Source: a virus
Lineage: Duplodnaviria > Caudoviricetes
Reading direction: 5' to 3' (one strand)
IMG/VR virus record: IMGVR_UViG_3300010283_000005
Coordinates: 1-64,000 of that record
Length of the DNA stretch: 64,000 nucleotides
Positions within the stretch are counted from its first letter, which is position 1. The number at the start of each line of letters is the position of its first letter. The notes under the pieces were generated by a model. It worked only from the letters and a program-made list of their open reading frames with translations. It had not been told where the DNA came from and searched no databases. A program made the translations under genes and the position numbers. Shown here one piece after another: positions 53,566 to 63,045 of this stretch.

Positions 53566-54306
53566 ATGAGTGCAAGTAAATATGAAACTACAGTAAGTCT
53601 ACCATCAAAGGGATTGCTCTATGAGGATATCCCTGAGGAAATTACCTTAAGAGCCATCACTACCAATGATGAGAAAATGCTATATGGATCAACTTCAGGA
53701 AATGCCTTCTCTAAGGTTATCAAGAGTTGTATCGTATCTCCTGAGAATGTGGATGTAGGTGACCTGCTCCCGTTTGATGAGCAGTTCCTGATGCTGAAGC
53801 TTCGTACTCATACTTATGGTTCCAACTACGATGTTCAGGGTGTATGCCCTAACTGTGGTCATAAGCATGTATTCGAAGTCAATCTGGATGAATTTCCAGT
53901 GTTTACTCTGGATGATAACTTCAAGGAACCTCTTGAGTTCACTCTTCCTCAGTGTGGTCAGAAAGTATCAGTTCGATTACTTCGTAACCGTGATTATGAT
54001 TCAATTCGTAATCAGGCTAAGAAGATCGCTAAGCATACTGGTGCGAATGCTAAGGAACTTGAGTACATGTATCGTATGGCTCGATATATCAAGGCTATCG
54101 ATGATAAGGCTGTAGATGAAGGAGCAGCTCAGCATTTCGTAGAGACGCTGACTGGTCGTGACTCAGCCTACTTCTGGTGGAAGCTTGATGAGGAGGTCAA
54201 GTGTGGCGTAGATACTACATCCGAGGTTGTATGCCCTGAGTGTGGTGAGGAGTACGAAGCTCCGTTCGCTATCACTTCAGAATTCTTTCGTCCCAAATTT
54301 AAATAA
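53566..54306 (+). CDS. tail/baseplate hub assembly chaperone (gp26-like)
   Basis: LPSKG..Y, LR..TYG..Y, CPNCG, CPECG, EFFRP end. Confidence 0.75.
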   Translation: MSASKYETTVSLPSKGLLYEDIPEEITLRAITTNDEKMLYGSTSGNAFSKVIKSCIVSPENVDVGDLLPFDEQFLMLKLRTHTYGSNYDVQGVCPNCGHKHVFEVNLDEFPVFTLDDNFKEPLEFTLPQCGQKVSVRLLRNRDYDSIRNQAKKIAKHTGANAKELEYMYRMARYIKAIDDKAVDEGAAQHFVETLTGRDSAYFWWKLDEEVKCGVDTTSEVVCPECGEEYEAPFAITSEFFRPKFK

Positions 54307-54550
54307 TGAGGACGATAGTCCTGAGGACATCGCTCGCAAGTGGCAATATCGAAGTAAGCACTGGGAGGATGTTGTAAAGCAGCAATTCCAGCTAGCTTAC
54401 TTTGGTAAAGTCACCTATGAAGAATCTCAAGATATGCCTATCCATGAACGTGAGTACATGTTCGGACTGCTATTAGAGCAGAAAGATGCTGAAGTCAAGG
54501 CTAGGGAGGAAGCAATCAAACAAGCTGAGGCTAAGGCTAAAGCTAAGTAG
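54290..54550 (+). CDS. gp51-like chaperone segment, possibly expressed by a +1 frameshift
   Basis: +1 frame overlapping the end of 53566-54306, no SD-linked start; MP..ER..F..LL motif. Confidence 0.5.
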   Translation, partial: VPNLNNEDDSPEDIARKWQYRSKHWEDVVKQQFQLAYFGKVTYEESQDMPIHEREYMFGLLLEQKDAEVKAREEAIKQAEAKAKAK

Positions 54551-54572
54551 TCAGGAAAGGTGGTGAGATAGC

Positions 54573-57500
54573 ATGGCTCTAAATAATCAGAATGGAGATA
54601 CTAATGGTGGAGATCAGAATAATGGCAGTCGGATACGTAGACGATTATTGAGTATCAATGATCAGATCGATAGTATCCAGGATGCTTCATTCCGTAATTA
54701 CACTAGAAGTATCGAAAGGAGATTCCAAAGATTAGCTGATCAGCAAGCTCGTATGATCAGTCAGACTTACGATCAGCTAGATCGTGAGGAGAGAGCTAGA
54801 GCTAGAGACTCACTGAGAGACCAGACTGAATCTATGAAGCGTTCTCTGGAGAACTGGAAACGTTATAATAGTAGAGTCAATGATGACCTGACTGTCACTG
54901 AGAAATTTGCTACCAAACTATTCTACTGGAATAGACGTAGAGATCTTCGTAACCTCGAGCGTGAAGCTAGATATCGATTTAAGGATATTGAGGAAGATGC
55001 TGAGGAGATGGGAGAGTCTATGTCTGATACTTTCAGTAAGGTATCAGAATCTCTCAGAGACTGGGGTACTGCTCTCAATGTCAATTCTCTAGTGTCTGGA
55101 CTAGAAGATACTACTCAGTCGACTAGAGAGATTCGAGTGGAACTGCAGAAATATACTAAGCTGTCTGATAAACAGTGGAAGGAAATGAAGCAGAATGCCA
55201 TCGATTTCTCTAAGTCTACTGATTATGCTATATCTAACATCGATTACCTAAGTGATACATCTGATATCATTATCAAGCTGGGGATCGATGATACTGACTT
55301 AGCTCAGGATATGGCTAAGATCACTACTAAGTTCACTAATATGACTGGAGTCTCACTCGATGATCAGTCGAAGATGCTCGAAGTGTCTCAGATGGATGGA
55401 ATGGGTGGACTTGATTATCAGAAATTGCTTTCTAGTCAGATGATGGCTATTCAGCAAGCTGATGGCTTGTGGACTAGTGGTGAAGACTTGATGAAAGTCT
55501 ATAACGATAACATCGATATGTTTCGTGACTTATCGAATGGTAATCGTGACCTACTGAAGAACTACACTGAAAGTTCAATGGCATTAACTGCTGCAGGTAA
55601 CTCAGGTTACATCGATGGATTGAATGATCAGTTGTACGAGATCATGAATATGAGTCTGTCAGATATTGCTGATAAGATGGAAGGTGGTCAGTTCTACCTC
55701 AAGGATGTTCATGACTTGATGCAATCAGGTTCATTCGATCAAGCTGCTAAAGCATTCATCGAAGGCTATAATCAGATGAGAACGCAGATGATTCAGACCT
55801 CAGGTATGGATGGCTGGAAAGAGATGGCTAAAGAGATGGATCTTGATGGCATCAATGAGTCACAAATCATTGAAGCTAGCAATGTCAAGGACTACTTTGA
55901 TGCTTATCAGAAAGCTATGGATACCATCAATGAGCAGACAGTAGCTCAGACTAAGTTTGTCGATGAATGGAAGCCTGATGTCACCTTTGGTACTAAGCTA
56001 TCTAACTGGTGGAAATCATCTAAGCTAGGTAGTGGACTTGATGACTTGCTGAGTGACCTAGATCTATCCTTATCAGAAGTATTCTTAGGGATCAGTGCTA
56101 TCAGTCAGGTAGTCGGACTATTTGGTAAGGGATTAGGTAAAGCAGGTGGATTACTAGGTAAGCTTCTAGGTGGAGGAGGTTCTGCTAGTGGAGGTGCTGG
56201 ATTAGGTAGCTTGCTATCTGTTGCAGGATCAGCTATCGGTGGAAACTTATTCGCATTAGGAGGTAACTTAGTAGAACTAGGAGGAGCTGAGCTAGGAGTT
56301 GGAGCTTCATCAACAGTAGCAGGCACTGCTGCTCTAGGAGCTGGATCAGTAGCTGGCGGACTTCTAGGTGGTGCTGGAATCATCTCAGGTGGTATTGATA
56401 TCTATCATGCTATCAGAGGTAAGAATAAAGATGGATCCGAGATGACTGGCAAGGAACGTCAGGATAAAGGATTCGCAGGTGGTACTAAGATTGGTATGGT
56501 TGGCGGAGGAGCTGCTGCTGGTGCTGCAATCGGATCAGTAGTACCTGGATTAGGTAATGCAATAGGTGCCTTGCTAGGCGCTGGTGTAGGTGGTATCGGA
56601 GCTCTGCTGACTGGTACTAAAGTAGGTAAGGCTCTAAGTGATGCCTGGGATTGGACTAAGGAGAAGGCTAGTGACCTATGGGATAATGTATCCGATTGGG
56701 GTAGCAAGACCTGGACCAACATCAAGACTTGGGCAGGTAACACATGGGATAATGTCAAGACTAAAGCAGGAGATATGTGGGATGGTGCCAAGCAATTTGG
56801 TATCGATGCCTTCAATACTGCAGTAGGTACTGGCGATATCTTGATGGAGAACTTATTCAGTGCGATGGGACTTGATTGGGATGGCTTCAAATCCAAGGTA
56901 TCTGAGGGTTGGGAGAACATCAAAGAATGGGGTTCTAATGCATGGGATTCTATCTCTAGCTGGGCTAGTGAGAAATGGAATGGATTAACTTCGACTATTT
57001 CAGAAGGATGGAATAGTATAAAGGAGTGGGGTACTAATGCCTGGACTTCCATTTCTGATTGGGCAGGTGAGAAGTGGGATGGAATCAAAGAGAAAGCTAC
57101 TACAGTCTGGACTGATGTGAAGGACTGGGCAGGTAAGAAGTGGGATGACATCAAGAATAAAGCTACTGGAGTATGGGATGATATCTCTACTAAAGCTAAT
57201 AAGGTCTGGGATGGAGTCAAGTCAGGTGCTACTAAGGCATTCGATGCTGTCAAGGATAAAGCTAGTGACATCTGGGGAGGAATCAAGGACTTCTTCACTG
57301 GAGCTAAGAGCCGAGGTGAGGAGATCACTGGTATCGATGGTTCTCATAAGAATGGACTTGATACAGTTCCTAAGGATGGATACATTGCTGAGTTGCATAA
57401 GAACGAAGCAGTCCTAACTTCAGGTCAGGCTGATCAGCTACGTGCAATGAGCAATGGTGGCTCAGTCAGTGGATTCTTCCACAATGTATGGAAGAATGCT

Positions 57501-58403
57501 AAGCTCGATCGTAATGCTCTGATTGAAAGCTACAAGAATTCCATGAGTTCAAGTAATGGATCGACTTCATCAGGCGGAGGAGCTTCTCAAGGTACTGGTG
57601 GTACTGAGAACTACTCAACTGGCGGTAGTCAGAATGATTATCTGTATGAGGACTTAGGTTCGTGGTCAGATACTACCGCTGAGAAGATCAACCAATGGGT
57701 TAAGAGTAATCGTTCTGACTCTCCTTTCGTAGGTAATGGTAACATCTTCATGGATGCTGCTAAGAAGTCAGGACTTGATCCTCGATACATTCTAGCTCAT
57801 GCTGCTCTAGAGTCAGCTTGGGGTACTTCTAGAATTGCCAAGGATAAGAATAACTACTTTGGTATCGGAGCATTTGATAGCTCTCCTTATCAGTCAGCTT
57901 ATTCCTTTGGATCAGGACTAGCTGCTGGTATCATCGGTGGTGCTGATTGGATTGCTAAGCATTACTACAATGGTCAGTACAATCAGAAATCCATCTATAA
58001 GATGCGTCACAATAATGGTGTGCATGAGTATGCCACTAGTGGCACTTGGGATACCAGCATTGCTTCAATCATGACTCATGGTCCTGCTAATACTAAGCTG
58101 AAGAAGCTACCTGCTTATGCTTCAGGTACTCCTTGGGTACCTAATGATCAGGTCGCTTTGATCCACAAGGGTGAGATGATCGTACCTGCTGATTCTAACC
58201 CATACAATCAGCCTGCTCCTTCTGCTTCAAGTGGATCTGATGATGGTACTATCGATGAATTAATTCAAGTAGTTAAATGGGGAGTATCTCGTATTGAGAA
58301 AGCTATCAATAATAGTGGCAATCAGATGAGCTACAACCTAGCAAATGCTACTAGAGTAAAGAAAGGCAGTACTGCTTCAGACGAGTTATTCAGTTACACG
58401 TAA
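54573..58403 (+). CDS. tape measure protein with GH73 glucosaminidase domain
   Basis: 1276 aa; 11-residue Trp repeats; AHAALESAWG, NNYFGIGA, YAT; LH.GE.V motifs. Confidence 0.88.
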   Translation: MALNNQNGDTNGGDQNNGSRIRRRLLSINDQIDSIQDASFRNYTRSIERRFQRLADQQARMISQTYDQLDREERARARDSLRDQTESMKRSLENWKRYNSRVNDDLTVTEKFATKLFYWNRRRDLRNLEREARYRFKDIEEDAEEMGESMSDTFSKVSESLRDWGTALNVNSLVSGLEDTTQSTREIRVELQKYTKLSDKQWKEMKQNAIDFSKSTDYAISNIDYLSDTSDIIIKLGIDDTDLAQDMAKITTKFTNMTGVSLDDQSKMLEVSQMDGMGGLDYQKLLSSQMMAIQQADGLWTSGEDLMKVYNDNIDMFRDLSNGNRDLLKNYTESSMALTAAGNSGYIDGLNDQLYEIMNMSLSDIADKMEGGQFYLKDVHDLMQSGSFDQAAKAFIEGYNQMRTQMIQTSGMDGWKEMAKEMDLDGINESQIIEASNVKDYFDAYQKAMDTINEQTVAQTKFVDEWKPDVTFGTKLSNWWKSSKLGSGLDDLLSDLDLSLSEVFLGISAISQVVGLFGKGLGKAGGLLGKLLGGGGSASGGAGLGSLLSVAGSAIGGNLFALGGNLVELGGAELGVGASSTVAGTAALGAGSVAGGLLGGAGIISGGIDIYHAIRGKNKDGSEMTGKERQDKGFAGGTKIGMVGGGAAAGAAIGSVVPGLGNAIGALLGAGVGGIGALLTGTKVGKALSDAWDWTKEKASDLWDNVSDWGSKTWTNIKTWAGNTWDNVKTKAGDMWDGAKQFGIDAFNTAVGTGDILMENLFSAMGLDWDGFKSKVSEGWENIKEWGSNAWDSISSWASEKWNGLTSTISEGWNSIKEWGTNAWTSISDWAGEKWDGIKEKATTVWTDVKDWAGKKWDDIKNKATGVWDDISTKANKVWDGVKSGATKAFDAVKDKASDIWGGIKDFFTGAKSRGEEITGIDGSHKNGLDTVPKDGYIAELHKNEAVLTSGQADQLRAMSNGGSVSGFFHNVWKNAKLDRNALIESYKNSMSSSNGSTSSGGGASQGTGGTENYSTGGSQNDYLYEDLGSWSDTTAEKINQWVKSNRSDSPFVGNGNIFMDAAKKSGLDPRYILAHAALESAWGTSRIAKDKNNYFGIGAFDSSPYQSAYSFGSGLAAGIIGGADWIAKHYYNGQYNQKSIYKMRHNNGVHEYATSGTWDTSIASIMTHGPANTKLKKLPAYASGTPWVPNDQVALIHKGEMIVPADSNPYNQPAPSASSGSDDGTIDELIQVVKWGVSRIEKAINNSGNQMSYNLANATRVKKGSTASDELFSYT

Positions 58404-58408
58404 CAATG

Positions 58409-58447
58409 AGGTAGGGTGAGTAACTAAGTTGCTTATCCTACCTTTTC
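58409..58447 (+). terminator. intrinsic terminator
   Basis: AGGTAGGGTGAGTAAC-TAA-GTTGCTTATCCTACCT followed by TTTCT. Confidence 0.7.
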
Positions 58448-58474
58448 TATTATATAGATTAGGAGGTGAATTCA

Positions 58475-59287
58475 TTGGCTAAGACTTACAAAGTAGTAAC
58501 ATCTGTACCTGGTTATTATACTAGTATGGATGCTAAGAAGAAACGAGATAAGAGAAATACAGTCAAACCAGCTACTTATTACGTCTATAATGAGGCTAAT
58601 GGCATGATCAATGTGACTTCTAAGCAAGGTAATCCTGGATCATGGATTAATCCTGATGACAATAAGAAGTCTGATAATGCTGTCACTTCTAAGAAATCTA
58701 CTGAGAAGACTTCAACTAAAACGAAGACTACTACAACTAAGACGACTACTACCACTAAGGATACTAGTGCTAATAAGACTGGATCAAGTGGTACCAATAA
58801 GAAAGTGTATCGAATCACTAAGGATTATATTCCGTGCTACATAATCAATACCTTGACTGGTAATACGATAGAGTTCGATGTAGAACCTGATGAGATCACT
58901 GAGTCTAATACGGCTAGCTTCGATCCTCAAGACATTCGAGGTCGATCATCTCCGTATCAAGGCTACAATAGTTCAGGTCCTAGAAACATTAGCTTTGAGC
59001 TAGTGCTTCATCAGGATCTATGCAAGGATGGTATCCTAAATACTGTCAATCATCTGAAATCTCTAGCATACCCTGGTTATGGTGGTGTGCTTAGAGCACC
59101 TGAGTGCATGATTCGCTTAGGTAATATGATTCATTGCAAGGCTATAGTCACTGACGTAGGAGTCACCTGGCAGAAGCCTTATCGTGACAATGTGTACTTA
59201 GCAGCTTCGGTGAGTTTATCATTCAATGAAATTACCGATAATCCGCAGTCATCTGCTGATATCTGGTCGAAAGGAGGATTCATCTAA
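58475..59287 (+). CDS. baseplate tail-tube initiator-like protein with N-terminal SH3-like domain
   Basis: P.EITES..A.F...DIRGRSSP..Y..SGPR.ISF.L; L.YP.Y; Thr/Lys linker. Confidence 0.65.
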   Translation: MAKTYKVVTSVPGYYTSMDAKKKRDKRNTVKPATYYVYNEANGMINVTSKQGNPGSWINPDDNKKSDNAVTSKKSTEKTSTKTKTTTTKTTTTTKDTSANKTGSSGTNKKVYRITKDYIPCYIINTLTGNTIEFDVEPDEITESNTASFDPQDIRGRSSPYQGYNSSGPRNISFELVLHQDLCKDGILNTVNHLKSLAYPGYGGVLRAPECMIRLGNMIHCKAIVTDVGVTWQKPYRDNVYLAASVSLSFNEITDNPQSSADIWSKGGFI

Positions 59288-59643
59288 TGGCTAATAAATA
59301 CTTCGATGATATCGTAAGTTCATATCCTGATCAGAAAGATGGTTACTCCGTATCTAGGTATCATAACATGCGAAGAATCAAGGATACTGAAGGTGATGAG
59401 TATCTAGAGACTTACGAGAATATTGAATTTCCTGAGAGATCTGATGATCAGTATCATCTAGTAGAACCTAGTGAGGAGAATCGGCTGGATCTGATATCCT
59501 ACAAGTACTATGGTACTCCTCTCCTATACTGGGCTATTGCAGAAGCTAGTGGATTGACTGATCCAGAGATAGTGCCTTCAGGAACTACTCTCAGAATTCC
59601 TTCTCGTCAAGCATTATATGGATTCAAGGGGGTGCTTAGATAA
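59287..59643 (+). CDS. baseplate wedge LysM-like protein (gp53/gpX-like)
   Basis: RLDLISYKYYG.P.LYW.IA..., G..LRIP. Confidence 0.8.
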   Translation: MANKYFDDIVSSYPDQKDGYSVSRYHNMRRIKDTEGDEYLETYENIEFPERSDDQYHLVEPSEENRLDLISYKYYGTPLLYWAIAEASGLTDPEIVPSGTTLRIPSRQALYGFKGVLR

Positions 59644-61343
59644 TGAGTAACATGCCTCCTAATCCCTATTACGCATTTGTTGAGCTCACCATCGGTGACT
59701 TCAATATGACTTTGCTACCTCCTGAGCATATAGCTCAGTTCACTTATACTCGTAAGCCTTTGAATGCATCAAATAAGTTCATCATATCTCTATTCGATGA
59801 GACTGCGATGTTAGTAGAATATCAGCTACTTAAAGGCTACAAGGAAGTCAAGTTCAGATATGGCTATGTCGGAGGAGTTACTAGTCCAGTGTATTCAGGA
59901 ATGGTTACTGAATACGATGTCGACTTCACTCCTGCTGGTGCATTACTGAATATTGAAGGCTTATCTTCATCGATATCATCATTCTCGAATCCTGCTACTA
60001 AGACTTACAAGGGCATGAAGATCCATGAGATTGTTAAGGCTATAGCTAAGGAAGAGAAGTGGATCGAAGGTAAGATAGTCCCTTGCCAATCAGTATCAGA
60101 TGGTGATAATAAGGATAAGACATTCACTCGTAACAATCAAGCAGCTCAGGTGTTCATTACAAATGAGTTAATTCCTTATGCTAAGAGTGCTAAGAATGGC
60201 GATTCTAATTATGTGCTCAGCTTCGAGGATACTGCTGATGGTACTAAAGTGAACTTCTACCCTATTCTTCAAGCTGGTAATAATACTAAAGAAGCTACGA
60301 CTAACTATGAATTCCAATGGGGATCAGGTGATCGTAATTCTCGAGTAATCAGCTTCAATCCTGATTATAGTGGTACCCTGAGCCTCATGGCTGGTGGTGG
60401 TACTGTAGAAGCTGATACAGTAAGTAAGATAGCTAATGAAATGTTCTCAGTCAAGTATGATAATAATACTGATTCTGATAGAACTACCTTAGCTAAGAAG
60501 TCTACTTATGATTATAAGGCTGCTAAGCGTAAGATTGGTGGTTCTTCTTATTCGATGGAAGAAATGCAGAACATAGCTGCTTATATGTGGGCTAGTCATG
60601 CTACCTTCCCTGTCACTGCTGAGCTAGTAGTTATCGGTGATCCTACTCTGAATGCATTCGATATGGTATCAGTAGTTATGCTGAATAAAGATGGTCTACC
60701 TCATCATAGTTCAGGTGTCTACTTGATCAAGGAAATTGAAGATGACATTGCAGGTGGATCATTCCAATCCAAGATGAGCTTATTCCGTAACGCTATGGAG
60801 ATTGGTGTAGATGAATCAGGTGGTATCAATGTCACTATGAGCTCTACTTATCCTGCTAGTACGACTACGGGAAGTACTGGTACTGATGCTTCTTCTAGTA
60901 CATCAGCAGTAGCAGGTACAAGTACTAGTCAGATCGTTAATGTAGCAATGGCTCAGAAAGGTAATAAAGGTGGTCAGAAATTCTGGTCATGGTGGGGATA
61001 CAGCTATCGAGTAGCATGGTGTGCTATCTTTGTTAGCTGGTGTGCTGAACAAGCTGGTATTCCTAAGTCAGTTATTCCTAAGTACCAGGGATGTACTGAT
61101 GGAGTATCTCAGTTCAAGAAACTAGGTAGGTGGAAAGATTCATCATATACTCCTCAAGCTGGAGATATCATTTTCTTTGACTCACCTAGTAATTCAGGTC
61201 ATACTGGAATCGTAGTAAGATGCGATGGTACTACAGTATACACAATTGAGGGTAATACTTCAGATCAGGTTGCTGAACGTACTTACAATAAAGCTAATCC
61301 TAGTCGAGCAATCGCTGGCTATGGATATACTGGACAATTATAA
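59643..61343 (+). CDS. baseplate hub protein fused to a CHAP amidase
   Basis: IGDP.L, SG.Y.I hub motifs; WCAIFVSW, GHTGIV, IEGN CHAP motifs. Confidence 0.8.
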   Translation: MSNMPPNPYYAFVELTIGDFNMTLLPPEHIAQFTYTRKPLNASNKFIISLFDETAMLVEYQLLKGYKEVKFRYGYVGGVTSPVYSGMVTEYDVDFTPAGALLNIEGLSSSISSFSNPATKTYKGMKIHEIVKAIAKEEKWIEGKIVPCQSVSDGDNKDKTFTRNNQAAQVFITNELIPYAKSAKNGDSNYVLSFEDTADGTKVNFYPILQAGNNTKEATTNYEFQWGSGDRNSRVISFNPDYSGTLSLMAGGGTVEADTVSKIANEMFSVKYDNNTDSDRTTLAKKSTYDYKAAKRKIGGSSYSMEEMQNIAAYMWASHATFPVTAELVVIGDPTLNAFDMVSVVMLNKDGLPHHSSGVYLIKEIEDDIAGGSFQSKMSLFRNAMEIGVDESGGINVTMSSTYPASTTTGSTGTDASSSTSAVAGTSTSQIVNVAMAQKGNKGGQKFWSWWGYSYRVAWCAIFVSWCAEQAGIPKSVIPKYQGCTDGVSQFKKLGRWKDSSYTPQAGDIIFFDSPSNSGHTGIVVRCDGTTVYTIEGNTSDQVAERTYNKANPSRAIAGYGYTGQL

Positions 61344-61357
61344 GGAGGTGTGATAAG

Positions 61358-62263
61358 ATGCCTAATGTAGATAATCTAAAAGCTGATCAGGATAATGGTA
61401 GGGATCCGATTAATGGTATCTATCGAGCTAGAGTCGAATCCAATCTTGATCCGCTGCATCTAGGTAGAGTCAAGTGCAGAGTTCCTCAACTGCATGGAAT
61501 TCCAGGAGGTGATTCTGCACTTGATAATGATGGATTGCCTTGGGCATATCCGATAACTCTCACTGGTACTGGATACAATCATGGTAGTTGCGTAGTCCCT
61601 GAAACTGGAGATTATGTCTTCGTTATGTTTGAGAATGGAGATAGAAATAGTCCAGTATATATGGGAGGATGCTATGGTATTCCTACTCAAGGTAAGGACT
61701 ACGGTAACGTAGGTGATGATGCTTCATCCAAATCAATGCATGGTGGCAAAGGATGGACTTCTGCCCCAGATACTAATGAGACTCCTCAGGAAGTCTATCC
61801 AGTCGGAGATGCTCCTAATGGTAAAGTCATTTATAAGAGTCCTAAGGGATTCATTATTATGACCCATGAGACTGATAATGAAGAGAGCTTGATTATTGCT
61901 GATAATGATAATCAGCAGATCATGATATCTAATCCAGCTGATAATAGTGTAAGTGAGATTTCTATCGATGGTAGAGATGGTCAAGGCATTCATGTGAGAT
62001 CTACTTCAGATGGTATTGCAGAAGTGACTATCTTATCTCCTGCTCAAACTACTATGATTCAGGTTACTGATGAAAAGGTCCTAGTAAAATCCAAAGCAAT
62101 CGAGATTGAAGCTGAAGAATCTATAAGCATCAAGGCTAAAAACCTCAACGTTGAGGTCGAAGAAGGTCATAGTACTAAGACTGATACTTATAATATCGAA
62201 GCTAGTTCTAGTACTTTCAAGGGTGATCTTACTGTCACTGACGGTAACGTTAACTTGAATTAA
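61358..62263 (+). CDS. baseplate central spike (gp5/gpV OB-fold)
   Basis: DPL.LGRVK.RVP, LPWA, P..GD.V.V.FENGD..P. Confidence 0.88.
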   Translation: MPNVDNLKADQDNGRDPINGIYRARVESNLDPLHLGRVKCRVPQLHGIPGGDSALDNDGLPWAYPITLTGTGYNHGSCVVPETGDYVFVMFENGDRNSPVYMGGCYGIPTQGKDYGNVGDDASSKSMHGGKGWTSAPDTNETPQEVYPVGDAPNGKVIYKSPKGFIIMTHETDNEESLIIADNDNQQIMISNPADNSVSEISIDGRDGQGIHVRSTSDGIAEVTILSPAQTTMIQVTDEKVLVKSKAIEIEAEESISIKAKNLNVEVEEGHSTKTDTYNIEASSSTFKGDLTVTDGNVNLN

Positions 62264-62276
62264 TGGAGGTGAGATT

Positions 62277-62597
62277 ATGCCAGCTGCAGCTAGATTAGGA
62301 GATAGATCCAATTGCCCCTCAGATTCTCATGGTAATAAGTGCTGTCCTCATAATGTAACTGGTCCAGCCACTGAAGGGTCACCTAATGTCTTCATCAATG
62401 GTAAGCCTGCACTGCGGGTAGGTGACTCTGGAGTTCATTCTCAATGCTGCGGATCTAATACTTGGAGATGTACTCAAGGTAGCTCTCGAGTATTCATCAA
62501 TGGTAAACCAGCAGTGAGATTAGGCGATCAGACTCAGCATTGTGGCGGAGTAGGTAAGATTATTGATGGGAGTGATAACGTATTCATCGGAGGATAA
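62277..62597 (+). CDS. PAAR-domain spike tip protein
   Basis: PAAARLGD, GKPALRVGD, GKPAVRLGD. Confidence 0.92.
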   Translation: MPAAARLGDRSNCPSDSHGNKCCPHNVTGPATEGSPNVFINGKPALRVGDSGVHSQCCGSNTWRCTQGSSRVFINGKPAVRLGDQTQHCGGVGKIIDGSDNVFIGG

Positions 62598-62610
62598 GGA
62601 GGTGTGATAT

Positions 62611-63045
62611 ATGAATCAAAATGAGTTCGATAATAAATGGATAGGCAATGGAATGCAGATGCCTCAACCATTTAATTCAACTACTGGCGATATCAATATT
62701 AATACTGGTACTGATAGACTACACCAGAGTATCTACTACATTCTATCTACAATTCCTGGAGAAAGATTCTTCGTACCTGAATTCGGATCTAAGCTATACC
62801 TAGTCCTATTCGAGCCTAATGATTACATCACTAGTGACTTGATTAAGACCTATGTTAAGGAAGCACTTGATCGATGGGAACCCAGGATAGAAGTGATTTC
62901 AGTAGATCCTCAGAATATCGGTGAGGATAATGTCATACCAGTTATGATTACATTCAGAATTAAAGCTACTAATATGATAGATAACTATGTATATCCTTTT
63001 AAGAAGGAAGCAGAAAGATTAGGAGGTGACATCAGCTATGAGTAA
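62611..63045 (+). CDS. baseplate wedge gp25-like protein
   Basis: ILST.PGER...PEFGS.L..LFEP; WEPRI. Confidence 0.9.
   Translation: MNQNEFDNKWIGNGMQMPQPFNSTTGDININTGTDRLHQSIYYILSTIPGERFFVPEFGSKLYLVLFEPNDYITSDLIKTYVKEALDRWEPRIEVISVDPQNIGEDNVIPVMITFRIKATNMIDNYVYPFKKEAERLGGDISYE

Noticed and set aside
56105-57328. Minus-strand ORFs of 92 and 289 aa
   Set aside because: Antisense shadows of the Gly/Ala-rich and Trp-repeat parts of the tape measure gene; no recognisable domain.
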